Shown here one piece after another: positions 23,270 through 36,650 of a stretch of DNA of 64,000 nucleotides. The notes below the pieces were generated by a model. The model had not been told where the DNA came from and ran no database searches. It saw only the letters and a program-made list of their open reading frames with translations. Made by a program: the position numbers and the translations under genes. Numbering within the stretch: position 1 is the stretch's first letter; each line of letters begins with the position of its first letter. This DNA comes from Paragordius varius (taxonomy: Eukaryota > Animalia > Nematomorpha): positions 8,866,001 to 8,930,000 of the forward strand of contig OZ176053.1 of the NCBI GenBank assembly GCA_964247055.1, in the 5' to 3' direction.

Positions 23270-26160
23270 TATATTTGTTTTTTATGGGTGTTTTTTGTAA
23301 GGCGTGCAGGCCAGACCTGGCCAGTCGCTGCACGGAGGTAGGGGCCAATAGGGATAAGGAATGTTGTAGACTGTGTTTTGCCAGTATAAATGTTGTTTCG
23401 TTAAGAGGTGAGTTATATGATTTAGTTGAAACTATGAAGGTAAAAAAGGAAAATTTTTTGTGCATTCGGTATCAGATACCGTGGAAATGGCACTAAGACG
23501 TTGGAGGGTAATTATAAAATGTTTTATTCAGGTTCTACGGATGGTTACAGTGGGGTCGCCATAATAGTGTGTCCAAGATTTGCCAATCAAGTAATTGATA
23601 GACGCGCTGACAGTAGAATTATAAGTGTCGACCTATTGTTAAATAAGAGGGTTTTTATTATCTTTAGCGTTTATGCCCCCCCCCCCCCCCCCCCCCAGAT
23701 AGGGTCAACTAAACCGGAGAAAGATAGATTTTATGATTTGTTAGACACAAAAATGACTTACGAAAGACAGAGAAATCATATTTTGTGGTGATTTCAATGG
23801 GCACGTGGGACAAAATAGGAGAGGTTTTGAGCCTTGGCTCGGCTAAAAGGCTACGGGGTTATAAATGAAGAAGGGGCTAGTTTATTAAGATTTGCTCAAT
23901 CTTATAACTTTGCTATAACAAATACCTTTTTTACTAAAAGGGATAGCCATTTAAGTACCTACGAAAGTGGAAATAAGAAGTCACAAATCGATTATATTCT
24001 GGTAACACGAAAGTCTTAAAAGTTTGTTGTGGACTGCAAAGTCATACCTAACCTGCAGATTAGTGCACAACATAATTTAATTATGTGTATATATATGACA
24101 GATATACCAATAAATGCTTAAAAGCCTAAGATAGCGCCGAAGGTAATTAAATGGGATTCCTTAAGAAACAGTAAAGAAAGATTTGTGGAAACGGTAGGCA
24201 TACTAGACAGGAACAGCGATACAGAAAGTGTTTGGTCTCAGGTGGCAAAAAAAATTAGAGAGGCGGGATTTAAGGTGTGCGGAATGAAAGGGGGCAGAAA
24301 TCAGGTTTATAGAGAGGCATGGCTGAAAGACGAAAAAATAATTCTGAAATCGCGAGAGAAAAGTAAAGCTTTTAAAATGTAGAGGTTTACCCACCATGCA
24401 GAAGACAAGGAAAAATATAAAAGGATTAATAACGAACCTAAAAGGCTTGTAAGATTGGTCAAAAAAGGAAAGACGCATCATTATATAAGGAGTTAATCAG
24501 TAAGCAAGGTATAACAAAGTTTTTAAAATTGCTCGACAAAAACACAGAAGAAAGCTGGACTTGCCCCATTACGCGATCGCTATTAAAGATAAAACGGCAA
24601 ATTACTCGTTAAGGAAGCGAAAATATTGAAGAGGTGGAAAGAATATTTCCAGGACCTTTTGGGCGTCATTGAAACAAATTTATCCGAAACCACAGATTAT
24701 ATATCTGCGCATATTGAAAGTATAACAAAAGAAGAAGCCCAGGCTGGTTTAGAAGAGATGTCTATAAATAAGGCTGCAGGTCCAGACGATATTAACATAA
24801 ACTGTTGGAAAATAATGTCAGAGAAACGTAAATTTTTGACGGATATTTTTAATAATGTAGTTACTACAGGTATGATACCAACTGAATGGAAGGAGATTTT
24901 TACAGTTCCCATTTTCAAGCATAAAGGAGATATAAATGATTGTAATAATTACAGAGGGATAAGATTGATGTCGTATACAATGAAGTTATTTGAGAAAGAA
25001 CTAGAGAAACGAATGAATGGTTAGTATAGAGGGTAATCAATTTGGTTTTATTCCAGGAAAGTCCACCATCGATCCGAATTACACAGTAAGAAGGCTAATT
25101 GAAAAGCATATAGAAAAAAAAGGAGTTGAATGGTATTTTAATCGATATTGAAAAGGCGTTTGACAATATGGTGGAGTTTAAGACGAAAGAACGTTCTTGA
25201 AATTTATATAAAAAATCAAAAAAGCATGTACGATTCACACCATTCCAAAGTTAAAAAACACCAGGGGGTGTCAGATCCTATTGAAATAAACCAATGCGTC
25301 TATCAGGGGTCAGCAATCAGTCCTTTACTATTTATAATATGCATGGATGAAATTTCAAAAGAAGTGGGGCAACATGGTGGCTGGTATTTTCTTTATGCAG
25401 ACGACCTAATAGTGCTGTCAGACAGACGATTTGCAAGAATTGAAAGAATTGGTGGGTAAATGAATTGATAAGTTACGACGATGCGGTTTAAAAGTTAATA
25501 AAAAGTAAACTGAACAATAAATTTCGGTGGGAGAAAACGAGAAATGGAATTACAATAAAGGTGGGTATTAAAAGGTCAGGAGGAATGCAAATATTTAGGT
25601 GCGATTATAGCAGCAGATGGTTCTTTAATGATATAAATCTAAGAATTCTAAATTGGGCAAATTATAAAAAGATCTCAAATGTTTTGTGCGATAAAAATAT
25701 TGACCTAAAAGTCAAGGGTAAGATTTACAGTGCTGTAGTACAGCCAACAATGATGTACAACTCATAGACATGGGCAATAAATTAGAAAGGCACTTTGAGG
25801 TTACTGAAATGAGAATGCTTAGATTGATGTGCGGAGTAACGAGGAATGACAAGGTGAGGAATGTCTACATAATAGGAGGTACGGAAAAACCGGTAACGCA
25901 AAAGATGATGGTTAATCGTTTAAGATGGTTCGGACATGTAGAAAGAAGAGATAATAACTACATTGGTAAAAAGATTGATGATTATATTGTGAAAGGCAAG
26001 AGGGGAAGAGGACGCCCTAAAACGCGATGGATAGATACAGTTAAGAGGGACATGGCAAAACAGAACCTAAAACGCGAAGACGCCATAGACAAGGTTCTAT
26101 GGCGAAATATTTACGGATATGACCGCTCGAAAGAGTGATATCATGTAATGTAATTAATAT
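23270..26160 (+). mobile_element. Near full-length but inactivated RTE-clade non-LTR retrotransposon
   Basis: APE endonuclease motifs (FASINVVSL, GVAIIV, IIFSVYAP, GDFNGHVG, SQIDYILV) and RT motifs (KAAGPDDI, NYRGIRL, QGSAISPLLF, FLYADDL), then the RTE C-terminus (RLRWFGHVERR...GRPKTRW). Broken by many stops and frameshifts. Confidence 0.93.
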
Positions 26161-26779
26161 TATTAATATTTTTATAATATTTCAATTTTTTGTGGATTCC
26201 ATCCCAAATTAATTCGTTCTTCTAAAATGGGTTTGTTATTTTTAAATAATCCAAAAATAACGGGATTGGGCGATTAAATTCTTAAAAATATGCTAAATGA
26301 CTCAAAAAAATATTTTTAAACAAATGTATACATTTAACAAAAATTTAATTTTTAGCAAAATTTTGTTGAAGCCTACTTTTTATTACTTATAGACATGATG
26401 GACAAGGTATAAAAACCTTTTTAGATACTATAACAATCCTTTTGCTATATAATTTGAGGATGCTCACTTTTTAATTTTAAGGTTCGTTTTATCAAATTTT
26501 GGCGAATTTTTCTAAAATATACATTTATAGTTGACATAAATTTAATGACGAACGAATATTTTTTAATAAATATTCTGAGGTGATAGAAATGTTCAGCATC
26601 ATCACATTATATAAAAAAGTGTTTTTTATAATATAAAGCGTTTTTACACCGTTTCCATCATGCCTAAAAATAGGATGAAGGATACTTTAACAAAGTTTTG
26701 CTAAAAATTAAATTTTTGTAAAAAGTATGGATTTTTATAAAATTTATTTTTTGAAGTCAAAATTAGCATATATTTAAAA

Positions 26780-27100
26780 ATTTTATCCCCCAATCGCGGC
26801 ATTTTTGCCTTTATTTTAAACTAGCCCATTTTAGTAGAATAAAAAACGTTGGGACCTTTGGAGCTAACATCTATAAATTGAAACATTTTAAAAATATTGA
26901 TTTGCTTTTTTAGGTAGTTCATCGAAAAATTTATTTAAAATGTGCGCAATTTTGACCATTTGATACGGAGTACTTACAAAAGTGAAATTATCTTTATTAG
27001 ATCACTCGTAAGAGACAAAACCAGAAGCCCCATGATAATTCTGATACATTTTCCTATCAAAATGTATATATTTTATCTGCTTATTGGGCATTGTGTAATG
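26780..27100. repeat. Dispersed repeat, paralogous to about 60815-61150
   Basis: aaactagcccattttagtagaataaaaaacgttgggacc...aaaatgtgcgcaatttt is shared with aaactagcccattctagaagaacaaaaaaatttgggact...aaaatgtgcgcaaatttt. Confidence 0.65.
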
Positions 27101-27650
27101 CAACAGGCAAATAAATGTATATTATGGTTAGAAAATGTAAATAACTTCGAGCAAAAACCTGATATATTTTGAGTTTAATATTAGCTGTTAGTTTCAATCA
27201 TGTTTTAATGTCCCAAATTTAGACTCTAAGAGTCACAAAATGTACACGGAAAAAATTTTGTACTGAATTTAGCTAAAATTCTTTTATATTTTTATAAAAG
27301 CGAGCTCAGGTATATTAAACTACCCCAATAATTAGGACAAAAAGCAAAAAGTTAATGTGTGTTAAATAAAAATTAGCTTTTAATATAGAGGATAAATTAA
27401 CTTCATGGTATTTTTAATATGGTGGTACAAATAATTGTTTTTTACAAAAACAGCTATACTTTCAATGATAATTACTTTTATAACCTCAGATATATTGTTT
27501 CACTTATAAATTGTTTTGTTTACAATTGACCAAAATTAATGCATTTATCTTTATTCAGTAATTTTCTCTTGCTACTAAAAATACACAGCACTAGCGATTT
27601 TTATAAGAAAAACAAACAGGCTATATACTCGTTAATGTTTGGTGATTTAA

Positions 27651-28328
27651 ATGTCTTTTCTGCTAAATTTAATTTTCTCCAATTTAAGTTCAGTTGATGA
27701 AACAGCAGCAAGTGTTTTCGATATAACTTCTAATTTTTTTCTAGATGAAATAATTCGGTGTGAGTGGCCAACATTTCTGAACGATGAATCTAGTAACGGT
27801 TTCCTGGCAGAAAATAAAAAGGGCAATAAAATTCCTAAAAATTTCCGAAATCGTAAAAAATTTTGTGTTATTAAAAATTTACCGGTAATAATACCAAACA
27901 TTTCAGATAGTGATGATGATTTTATTCATGAAAATGAGTTCAGGAAATTCGCTGATTACGACTTTAAGGTAGCTAATTGCTTTTATAATTACAGAAAAAC
28001 GAAGACGCTAAATGTTTTTACGTATATTGTTATAAATCTCAAGACAAAAATCCGTTTTGGAAAACATATATACGCATCAATTCTGACGCAACCATTAGTG
28101 AATTAAAAGGATTGATATGTTACAAATATATTAAAAAAACTGAAAATCATACGTTATTGAAGTAAAATTTGGTCATTATTATTTAGATTAAAGGCATTAA
28201 ATTCATATAAAATATATATAATGGACGATAATGAAATTGAATCCGATTTCCCACCTTTTGATGACGATTTGAATATTTCAAAAATTTTCTTTCAGAGCAT
28301 GGCCCTTGTAATACCCATTCAATATTAA
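27651..28328 (+). CDS. MAPKAP1: SIN1/MAPKAP1 (TORC2 subunit)-like gene, N-terminus plus CRIM domain; 3' end unresolved
   Basis: 27651-27968 + 27995-28161 + 28187 onward, joined by 26- and 25-nt introns, give ENEFRKF...INSDATISELKGLICYKY...YKIYIMDDNEIESDFPPFDDDLNISKIFFQSMALV. This resembles the SIN1 CRIM motif (LIGLICWQY...EDDGEVDTDFPPLD...FSTLALV). Stop at 28326-28328 unless spliced at GT 28308. Confidence 0.8.
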
Positions 28329-31300
28329 TGCGATTGAATTAGAAAACCAAGCGATAATCGGGGATTAGTATGGATTTTTCATACCTTATTTTTGGAACCT
28401 ATCCATAAGAATATATATATATAATTTAAATAATTCTCATCTTTTTATCTGCCAAATTTATTTTGGGTTTTTTGCAGCTAAAAAACAGCAATATATTATG
28501 GTTTACCATATCTCTCACATCCCCACATCGCCTTTTTACAACAAAATAATTAATATTAAAAACTCTAGATGCATATCACTGATTTTGATGATCTTTTTTT
28601 AGCATTTAAAAATAAATACGATTTCGATATTTTCAATTGATATTAGCCTATTTTCACATGTTAAAGATTAATTTGATAATTCTTGTTTTTTTACTGAATT
28701 CAGAAATATATTATTCAATTGAAAAATAACTGACATAAATGGCAACCATAGTTAATAACAAAAATTATTCGATGAAAATCGCTCGTTTTTAATGGTACTT
28801 TGAAATATTAAATCAGAAAATATGTTGTTACCAAATTTTATAATTAATCTAAATGACACAAAGAGCATTTTAGTTCGATTTATATGCCACCCCTAAAAAA
28901 TATCGGCATATTGATTTAGATTATAAGCAAAATAAGGGTCAAACAGCTATGCTATATTTTTCGGTATTATATTATGTTTTGAAACAAAAATGCGAATTTT
29001 GGCGGTATCACTGGTTTAAAGTCTTCACTGATCCTTTATTCATTTGAATTTTATACTTTTAGAAATAAGGAAAAAGAAACTATATTTCTTTGAATTTGCT
29101 GGAGGTAATCAATTTATTAATCTCACAACTTAGTCTCAGTAGAGTATGGTAAAAAAGCTTTAAATGGGATTAAACAACTTTTCCCATATATTTTAACATC
29201 AATTTGGTTTATTATGGACACACTTAAATTTATATTATACGCTACTGTATATTGATTATGCTTTACTTACAATTTTATTGAACAGTAAATTATTTTTAAC
29301 AATTAATTTGATAAGGTTATTATTTTTTCTGTTTAAATTTGTACAATCCGTTTGTAGTATAATAATTTAAGTGTTATTCCTAATTAAGCGTTTTTATAAA
29401 AAAAGAATTTTTAATATAAAAATTACCTTAATCAAATTTTTCCTTTTAGATGTATTTTTGGATGGTTCCCTCTCGTTTTAAGGACGGCTTTATTTATTAT
29501 TGTATGACAAAACATACAAATGCAATTCAGTCTACACAACTGCAGATATATTTAATAAGGAAATGCTATTTTTATTGGTTTAAATAAATTTTGTACAAAT
29601 TATATTATTAATTTCATTATTATGATATTTTGATAAAATGAACTATATTCCACGAAAATTGTCTTTTTTTCTCAAATTTTATTTTAATAAGTGTAAAAAT
29701 TAATTATAGGATAATTTTCATAAAACACGCTGAATGGTTATAACTAGATTGTAATATTTTCGTAAACTTTCCACGTTTTATGCTCATACGATATACCGGT
29801 ATTTTATTTTTAAGATCAAAAATTTATCATGTCTTAGTCACATTTAAATTATGATCCACGCGGAAATGTGTCCATTTTTTTTAAATTTTTAATACCTATT
29901 TCTCAAAATCAGTTGAGTTTTATAATTTCAGCTTAGTTTCGCAAAAAATAATAAAAATTTTTTAAAATGTTTATTCTAACCATCAATAAATTAAAGATTT
30001 TCGCTTATTTATATTTGGCCAAAAGGATATTCAACATACGGAGGTTCAAGCCTGAAGCATATTCATTAGTTATATAGTAAACTATTTTGAAATAATTTCT
30101 GACAGTTTTTTTAGTCGATAATTTAAGGCTACATAACCACGGCATAAAAATTTTGTTATTTTCGATACATCTATTGGTTTTGATTGAAATATGACATTCC
30201 ATATATTACCCAACGGACCCGCCCGTTTTTTTAAAATAGCCCCGTAAGTCCCCAAAAATTTTAAAGCAATACCCAAGTTATAAGCCCATAATCATTAGTG
30301 GATATAGTTAATTCGATAAGAACGAGAACGAAAAAGTCAAATGCTTTTTTAGATCTGGATGGTTTGGACTCCACCCTCTGTAAAATGCGCCACCATTAAC
30401 ACGTGGCTTTTGAAAACTTTCAAACCCCCGAGACTATATAGATTCAATTGAGGTTTTAGCTATATCTGGTATAAATGTTAAAATTTTAAACAAATCGTCT
30501 TTTCAAATGAGCCGAATAGGGCTACATGCTTCCAGACAATTAAGTTTTGATTGGTTTCAGCTATATCCACTAAATGAACAAAAATTTTCCGAATATCGCT
30601 TTGTTAAAGCCGCTTAGGGTTCCATTCTCTGTAATACGCTACCATGTAAAAATAACGTTACTTTGAAGTAATTTCACAAGTTTTGAGAGTATATAAAATC
30701 GCAAATTATTTTAAATATTACCTCTAAAGGGCATTAGTTGAGCGCTTTTTGTATATCATACCTAGGTAGGAGTCCACCCTTTAATTCGCCACCATATAAA
30801 ACTAACGTGGCTTTGAAGCAGTCTTTTGCAGGACCGTGGAAAATTGATGATTTTTACTTATAAATTGATCCCAAATGAGCCACTCCTTTGAACTCTTTTG
30901 GTCCTTGTTAGATTTACAGTAATTGATAAATATTTTTTATTTTAAGTTTTCCCATTTCCTAATTAATTTGTAAATTTCATATATTCAAAAAATCTAATAA
31001 TTAAAATTGATGGTCTTGAATAAGTTACTGAGTAAAATATATAAAATTTGTGGATTCACCCTTAAATATATTTCGTTATATATTTTTTATTTTTAATATT
31101 TGAAAAGCATGTTGTAATAGGATTTTTTATATAAGCACTGAAAATTAACGGATCTCTTAGATAAATCATGGATATAAAGAAAACATAATATACACCCAAT
31201 TTTATTTTCTAGAAATCGATTTAATAAACCATTTGCACACTTAAGTTATAGAATGAACAAGAGAGGAATTCGCACTTAATTTTGGTCATATCCACCCTCT

Positions 31301-31400
31301 AATCAAACCTGTATGAATGGTATTGAAAAATGGATGATTTTACATTGTTATTTAGTTAATTAATGACTATGATTATACAAATATATAGAGCTCAATATAA

Positions 31401-32426
31401 ATGGTTATAATAAGATTTAACAACAATCAAGTTATATGGTTAATTGAATTAATGATGGATTTAGTCATACTACTAGATAACAAAGATATTTTTATCGCAA
31501 AAGCGATGACATTTATTCGTTGCATCGATCTTTTATTTAATAAGGAGCGTCCAATCTTTGATGAGTTGTTAGATCGATGTATTCATGAGCAGACTCAAGA
31601 ATTTGCCTACGATTCCGTGAATAAAACATTTCAATTTTGGGATAATTTGATGGAGAATATTATCAAAAAGATTAGTATTCGCACAGAATACCCCAATTCG
31701 GGCATTGATAATTCGGATATTATTGAAAATTTATGGAATCAATTAACCATGATTTTTGAAATAAGCTTGAAACAGGCCAACGAATGGCAACAAAGCAAAA
31801 CAAAAAATGAGATGTTGGAAAAATGTTTGACTCAATCTCAACAAGAATGTAGGACATTGGGTGAAAAAATTAGTTTGTTGAAAGAAATTGAAGCTTCGAA
31901 AACACTAACAATCATTTCTATGCGTGAAGAAAATAAACGGTTTAAAAATAAATGCAGACATTTATCCAAATTAGTTACGAGAGCTGAAACTAAAATTAAA
32001 CTAAATGAAAAATTTTATGTTAAGGAAACAGCACTTTGTACCCAAATTATGCTGAAACGTTTTATTCAAACCCAACAAATGAGTTTTGGTGAATTGGACA
32101 GAAAAATGGATAATATTAATAATAGACTGGATCACCTGATACACAATCTGAACAAATATTGCGGTCAAAACAATTCTTTATGTTCGAATGTGTATGAGAA
32201 TGGCCAGATTATACATTCTCCCAAATTTATAACTTCACATAATAATAGGGATGAAATGTGGAAAAATTGCATTGCCAATGCTACAAATTTTAAATTTCTC
32301 CAAAAATTACAACAGTTAAATGATAATCAGCCTGAAAATAACATCAATTATAATTGTATAATGCTTTGTATCATATATTATGTGTTAATTGAAAGTTTAA
32401 ACCTAAGTAAATATGGAAATAAATGA
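31401..32426 (+). CDS. 341-aa uninterrupted ORF, predicted coiled-coil protein of unknown function
   Basis: A 1026-nt ORF is unlikely by chance at this AT content. E/K/Q-rich heptad-like central region. True start and end may be altered by splicing. Confidence 0.65.
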   Translation: MVIIRFNNNQVIWLIELMMDLVILLDNKDIFIAKAMTFIRCIDLLFNKERPIFDELLDRCIHEQTQEFAYDSVNKTFQFWDNLMENIIKKISIRTEYPNSGIDNSDIIENLWNQLTMIFEISLKQANEWQQSKTKNEMLEKCLTQSQQECRTLGEKISLLKEIEASKTLTIISMREENKRFKNKCRHLSKLVTRAETKIKLNEKFYVKETALCTQIMLKRFIQTQQMSFGELDRKMDNINNRLDHLIHNLNKYCGQNNSLCSNVYENGQIIHSPKFITSHNNRDEMWKNCIANATNFKFLQKLQQLNDNQPENNINYNCIMLCIIYYVLIESLNLSKYGNK

Positions 32427-33092
32427 TTGGTATGGCTTTTTGTATCAGGCATCCTTTAATTTGGCAAAAATAACTAAAAATTAAAGTTTTATCAAGAATA
32501 AGCTTGATTGATACGGCTCTTAATAAAATTATATAAATATTATTATTTTAAACGATAAATAATTATTTTTCCTCTTTTTAAGAGAAATTATACAAAATAA
32601 AATTTGTTTTTGTTATATTTTCATTTAAATTGGTTTAATTTCTTGGGAATAAGGATTTATCATGAGAAGACATATTTTAAGTTATTTTTGAAAATTCCCT
32701 CGATATAGATTACAAATTTGGCCTAATATATATTTACTATTTTAAAGTAATTTTTAGTGAATGATATTGATTAAATTTTTTAAATTTACTAATTATGATG
32801 TGAGATTTAAAATAAATCCTGATGCTAACGTTGTAATTTAACAGTAATTGCTGGTAGAATTGGGTTTTGACCGGTCAAAAATAACCAATTGGTTTTTGGC
32901 CGGAAGCAGTCAGTATCACAAAGGCGTATATATGTTGTACCTAAAACGGATTAGTCATTGAAATTGGGTTTAATTAAAAAAATATCATTAAATATTTAAA
33001 GTTTTTATGGTTATTTTTATTTTTAAGAGGTCACAGTCTCATAAGGGCGTTCACAACTGCTCATAAGCAATTTTAATGATTAAACCTCTATA

Positions 33093-36000
33093 CTATTTTG
33101 ATAATAATTTATTAGTCAGGTATTTTTCAAGTTTCGGAAAATAACAATGAATGTATATGGTGATTGCAACATTCCAGAATGGAAGATATAGGATTTTCTT
33201 TTTCTGAGCTATGCCATGAATTATTTGAGAAGCTGTATAACCAACATCCGCAAATTTTATCCATTTCTTGAGGTGGGTGTTCCCATTTTTTTCGATACCC
33301 GCTATTGATCTGCTTGTGCCTATTATTAGAAAAAAACAATATTGGTTTTATCTTATCATACTAGTAGGGCTTTTATAATATAAACCTCTATTCCAAATCG
33401 TAAAATTATGAATAATAAATGAAAATTATTTTTAGATAAAGTGACGGACGATTTTACGCAAATGTGGTTTAACAAAAATATAAATATTTTACCTATTGAT
33501 CCAAGATATATCATTGAGACGCTAAAATTTTTATTCTCAATCTCCCATTCACGGGTTAAAGAACCGAGGAATCCATCCAACGCAAATTTTGATGCACCAT
33601 ACATGCCCAAATATGGATGCGGTACTTTACCTAGGATATTTTTCGAATTAGACAACTATAATGGTATATGATGGTATAAAAATTGGAGAAACTGTCCTAG
33701 TTCCTAATCTTTGGTTCCGGCTCCTTTATTTGGAATAAAAAACAATAGTTCGGACTAAATAGTTCTGAAAATATAGATTTTGCCAGTCGGCTTTTGTCAT
33801 TTATATGGCTTTACTGAAAAAGTTAACAATAACTACTAAAAATGTATAAATTTTGTTGCTACTTTTTTATGAAAACAATAAATAATTAATTTTTTAAATT
33901 CATAAAAAATAATAATACATTAACCTTGTTAAATAATTGAAAAAAAACAAATAATTTGGACTTTTTAGGCTTTTAGTTTTAAATTTTGCAATAATGAAAA
34001 CTATTATTGGGCATCTCTGTATTTTTATTGACGGAAGGGGAATTTACATGTCTGTTTTATAATTATTAGTTACACTAAAATTATTGATATGTCATGCGAA
34101 CAGGCGTTATACTGAATTTTTTATCCACAATTTCAATCAAATATGTAACTAATAATAAGAAATAATCATATATACCAACAGACATGTATATTAAATCCAG
34201 TTTTAGACATTTAAAATACCGAAATGGCCAATCATAGGTTTGGTTACTGTATTCTCTTATTCCAAACGAATTTTTTTGCATAAAACCTTTTTTACAAAGC
34301 ATTTGTTAAACAGTCAAGTTTAATTAGTAGGGTGTATATAAGTTAGTTATATTAAATATAAAAGTTTATAAATACCGACTAGAGAGGACATAATTGCTAT
34401 TTGACTATCGGTTGAATGCATTAGCGGTACACAAAGTGTCAAGAGATAAACGTAAGAAAAAAAGTTTGATTCAAATACTGATCGTAACTTGTCATAATTA
34501 TCATGCTGACATTCTCTAAATAAATTAAAATGGATATTACTTATCTTTTGACATCCATGGCTTGAATTCTTGAAATTCTGCATGGTTAAGGATAAGAAGG
34601 TCTACATTTTTATAAGCATTCAGGAAAACCTAAATTTTTAATAAATTCAATATATAAATAATATTCACGATAAAATTAAAAAGTAATATTAAGCTGTCGG
34701 CAATTTAAAGCAAGCGTTATATGATTTACCCCAAATGCCGGTTAAAGTATGGGTTATAAGAAAAATATATTTTATGTAGCATATTATTTTTCTTTAACTC
34801 CGAAAAATTTAACACTCAATAAATTTAATATAATCTGCCAAAATACCTCCATCACTTCTTTTGCATTTTCTAGGGTTCCTTGCTTTAAACCACTAATTAC
34901 AACACTTGGTGATCCCATTTTCAGACATAAATTTCGAATCTATTAATGTAAAATAAATATGTATTTAATGATATATCAAATTTCAGTGCCAGATTGGAAG
35001 AATAAAGTTGGTTTGTCGTAATCCAAAGGGGTGAAACGCCATATAAGAGAAAAACATACAAAAATGTGATTTAACTATAAATTTTATGGAATATGCCTGT
35101 ATCAACATAAAAAAGTTAACACACTAAAAATGGCTCCAATATTTTTTTAATCAAAATGTAAAAGCGTTAATGTTGGGGTAAAAATATAACAAGCTAAAAT
35201 ATCATAAAAACATGGAATAATATATTATCATATTAGATCATGCTACAATTTATATTTTAAAAAGCTTGTCATCCAGACTTACCTAAATAAAACTCTGCTA
35301 AGAATGAAACATAGTTTGATTACACACTGCACAAGATTATGGGTCATAAAAAACATTAATATTAGTAATACTAACGTATCAGTACTCTTAACACTTTTCG
35401 TTTTGGGAACGCTTTATTTAAGAAAGATATCACTACTTTGGTAATCGCGAGATAACTTATTAAAATTGAATAACAAGTCTTCTTAAATAAAATATATATT
35501 AACATAAGTCTTCATTTATTTTAAATTTTTTGCCCCAAATTTATCTAGTTTAGCAATAGAATTTTTGAAACTTTATTTTACAGCCTAATATCAGTAGTAC
35601 TCAAACCGCGGCCTTAAACGTGCTTTATTATGGCCCTGAATCAAATTAAAGTTTTGATATATTTTGTCGGTATTATATGGCGCACGGCCCTTCAAACAAG
35701 ATAAATATTTTTTCGGTCCTTTAAAGTTTTTGTTGAGTACTACTGGACCTTGTGAAAGGCGTATATATTTATTATGCAAACCAGCAAAAATCTTTCTATA
35801 GTATATGACAAAATATTCAACAAGGCTCCTATTCTTTAACAATGCTTTCCCGTGTGGGTCATGAAGCTATTCAATTCGAAAAAAATTTATTGTATATCAT
35901 AATTTTTTGACAAACCTCCAATAATTCTGACAAACACATATCCACCAAAAACAATTTTGATTGAAGAGAGGCATATTGCAATGCTAACTCTCGGCCAATT

Positions 36001-36650
36001 CCATTTGCAGCACCAGTTATAAATACAATCTTATTTTTGTAATCTACGAATAGAAGAGTAAATCATTTTACGTTAAATAATTATAACTAAAATCGCCTTA
36101 CCCTGATCAGCTTTTATGATGTAAAGACACTAATATCTTTTTATTTTATTTATATGGAAGTTTGGATAACCGTTTCTTTTAATAAAAAATTAATTACTTT
36201 TACCATTTTTTAATAAACATTATCCCTATCTATTCACTAATACAATTCTTCTTTAAAATAGCATTAACATTAAATAAATTTACAGAGTATACCCTATAAA
36301 TTTTGTTTAGGAATTTCATAGTGTTTCACATAGTCACCTGAAAAAATAACCTTAAATAAGTTCATCAAAAAAGAAAATCATAATTAAAAGTTAAAGTTGA
36401 GATCAAAAACAGGAAAAATTAGTAAGACAGGGAAGCGAAAAATATCAAAATATTCATATATGTGTAAAAATAATTAAATTTAAACTTAACTTTATTTAAT
36501 ATAAAAACATTATTTAAATAGTAAATAAATACCAAATTTAGTATTTTGGGGAAGTAAGAGTTTTCTGTATACTTTTGCGAATATTTGTATTCCAAACACA
36601 ATGAAGCCAGCTTGAATGACCCAATGAGCAAGTTGAAAAAGAATGGACAT
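33093..36650 (-). CDS. Short-chain dehydrogenase/reductase, HSD11B1/DHRS7-like, 310 aa, 7 exons
   Basis: Exons 36650-36533, 36043-35916, 34939-34847, 34629-34541, 34515-34376, 33630-33493, 33319-33093 join in frame (introns 489, 976, 217, 25, 745, 173 nt). N-terminal hydrophobic anchor, TGAANGIG Rossmann motif, DLLILNH, SS, and catalytic YGASK. Confidence 0.9.

Noticed and set aside
30360-30830. Three diverged ~60-bp repeats (ccacc...cgtggctttgaa), related to 11955-12135
   Set aside because: Too degenerate to define termini or family. Most likely subrepeats of an old DNA transposon.
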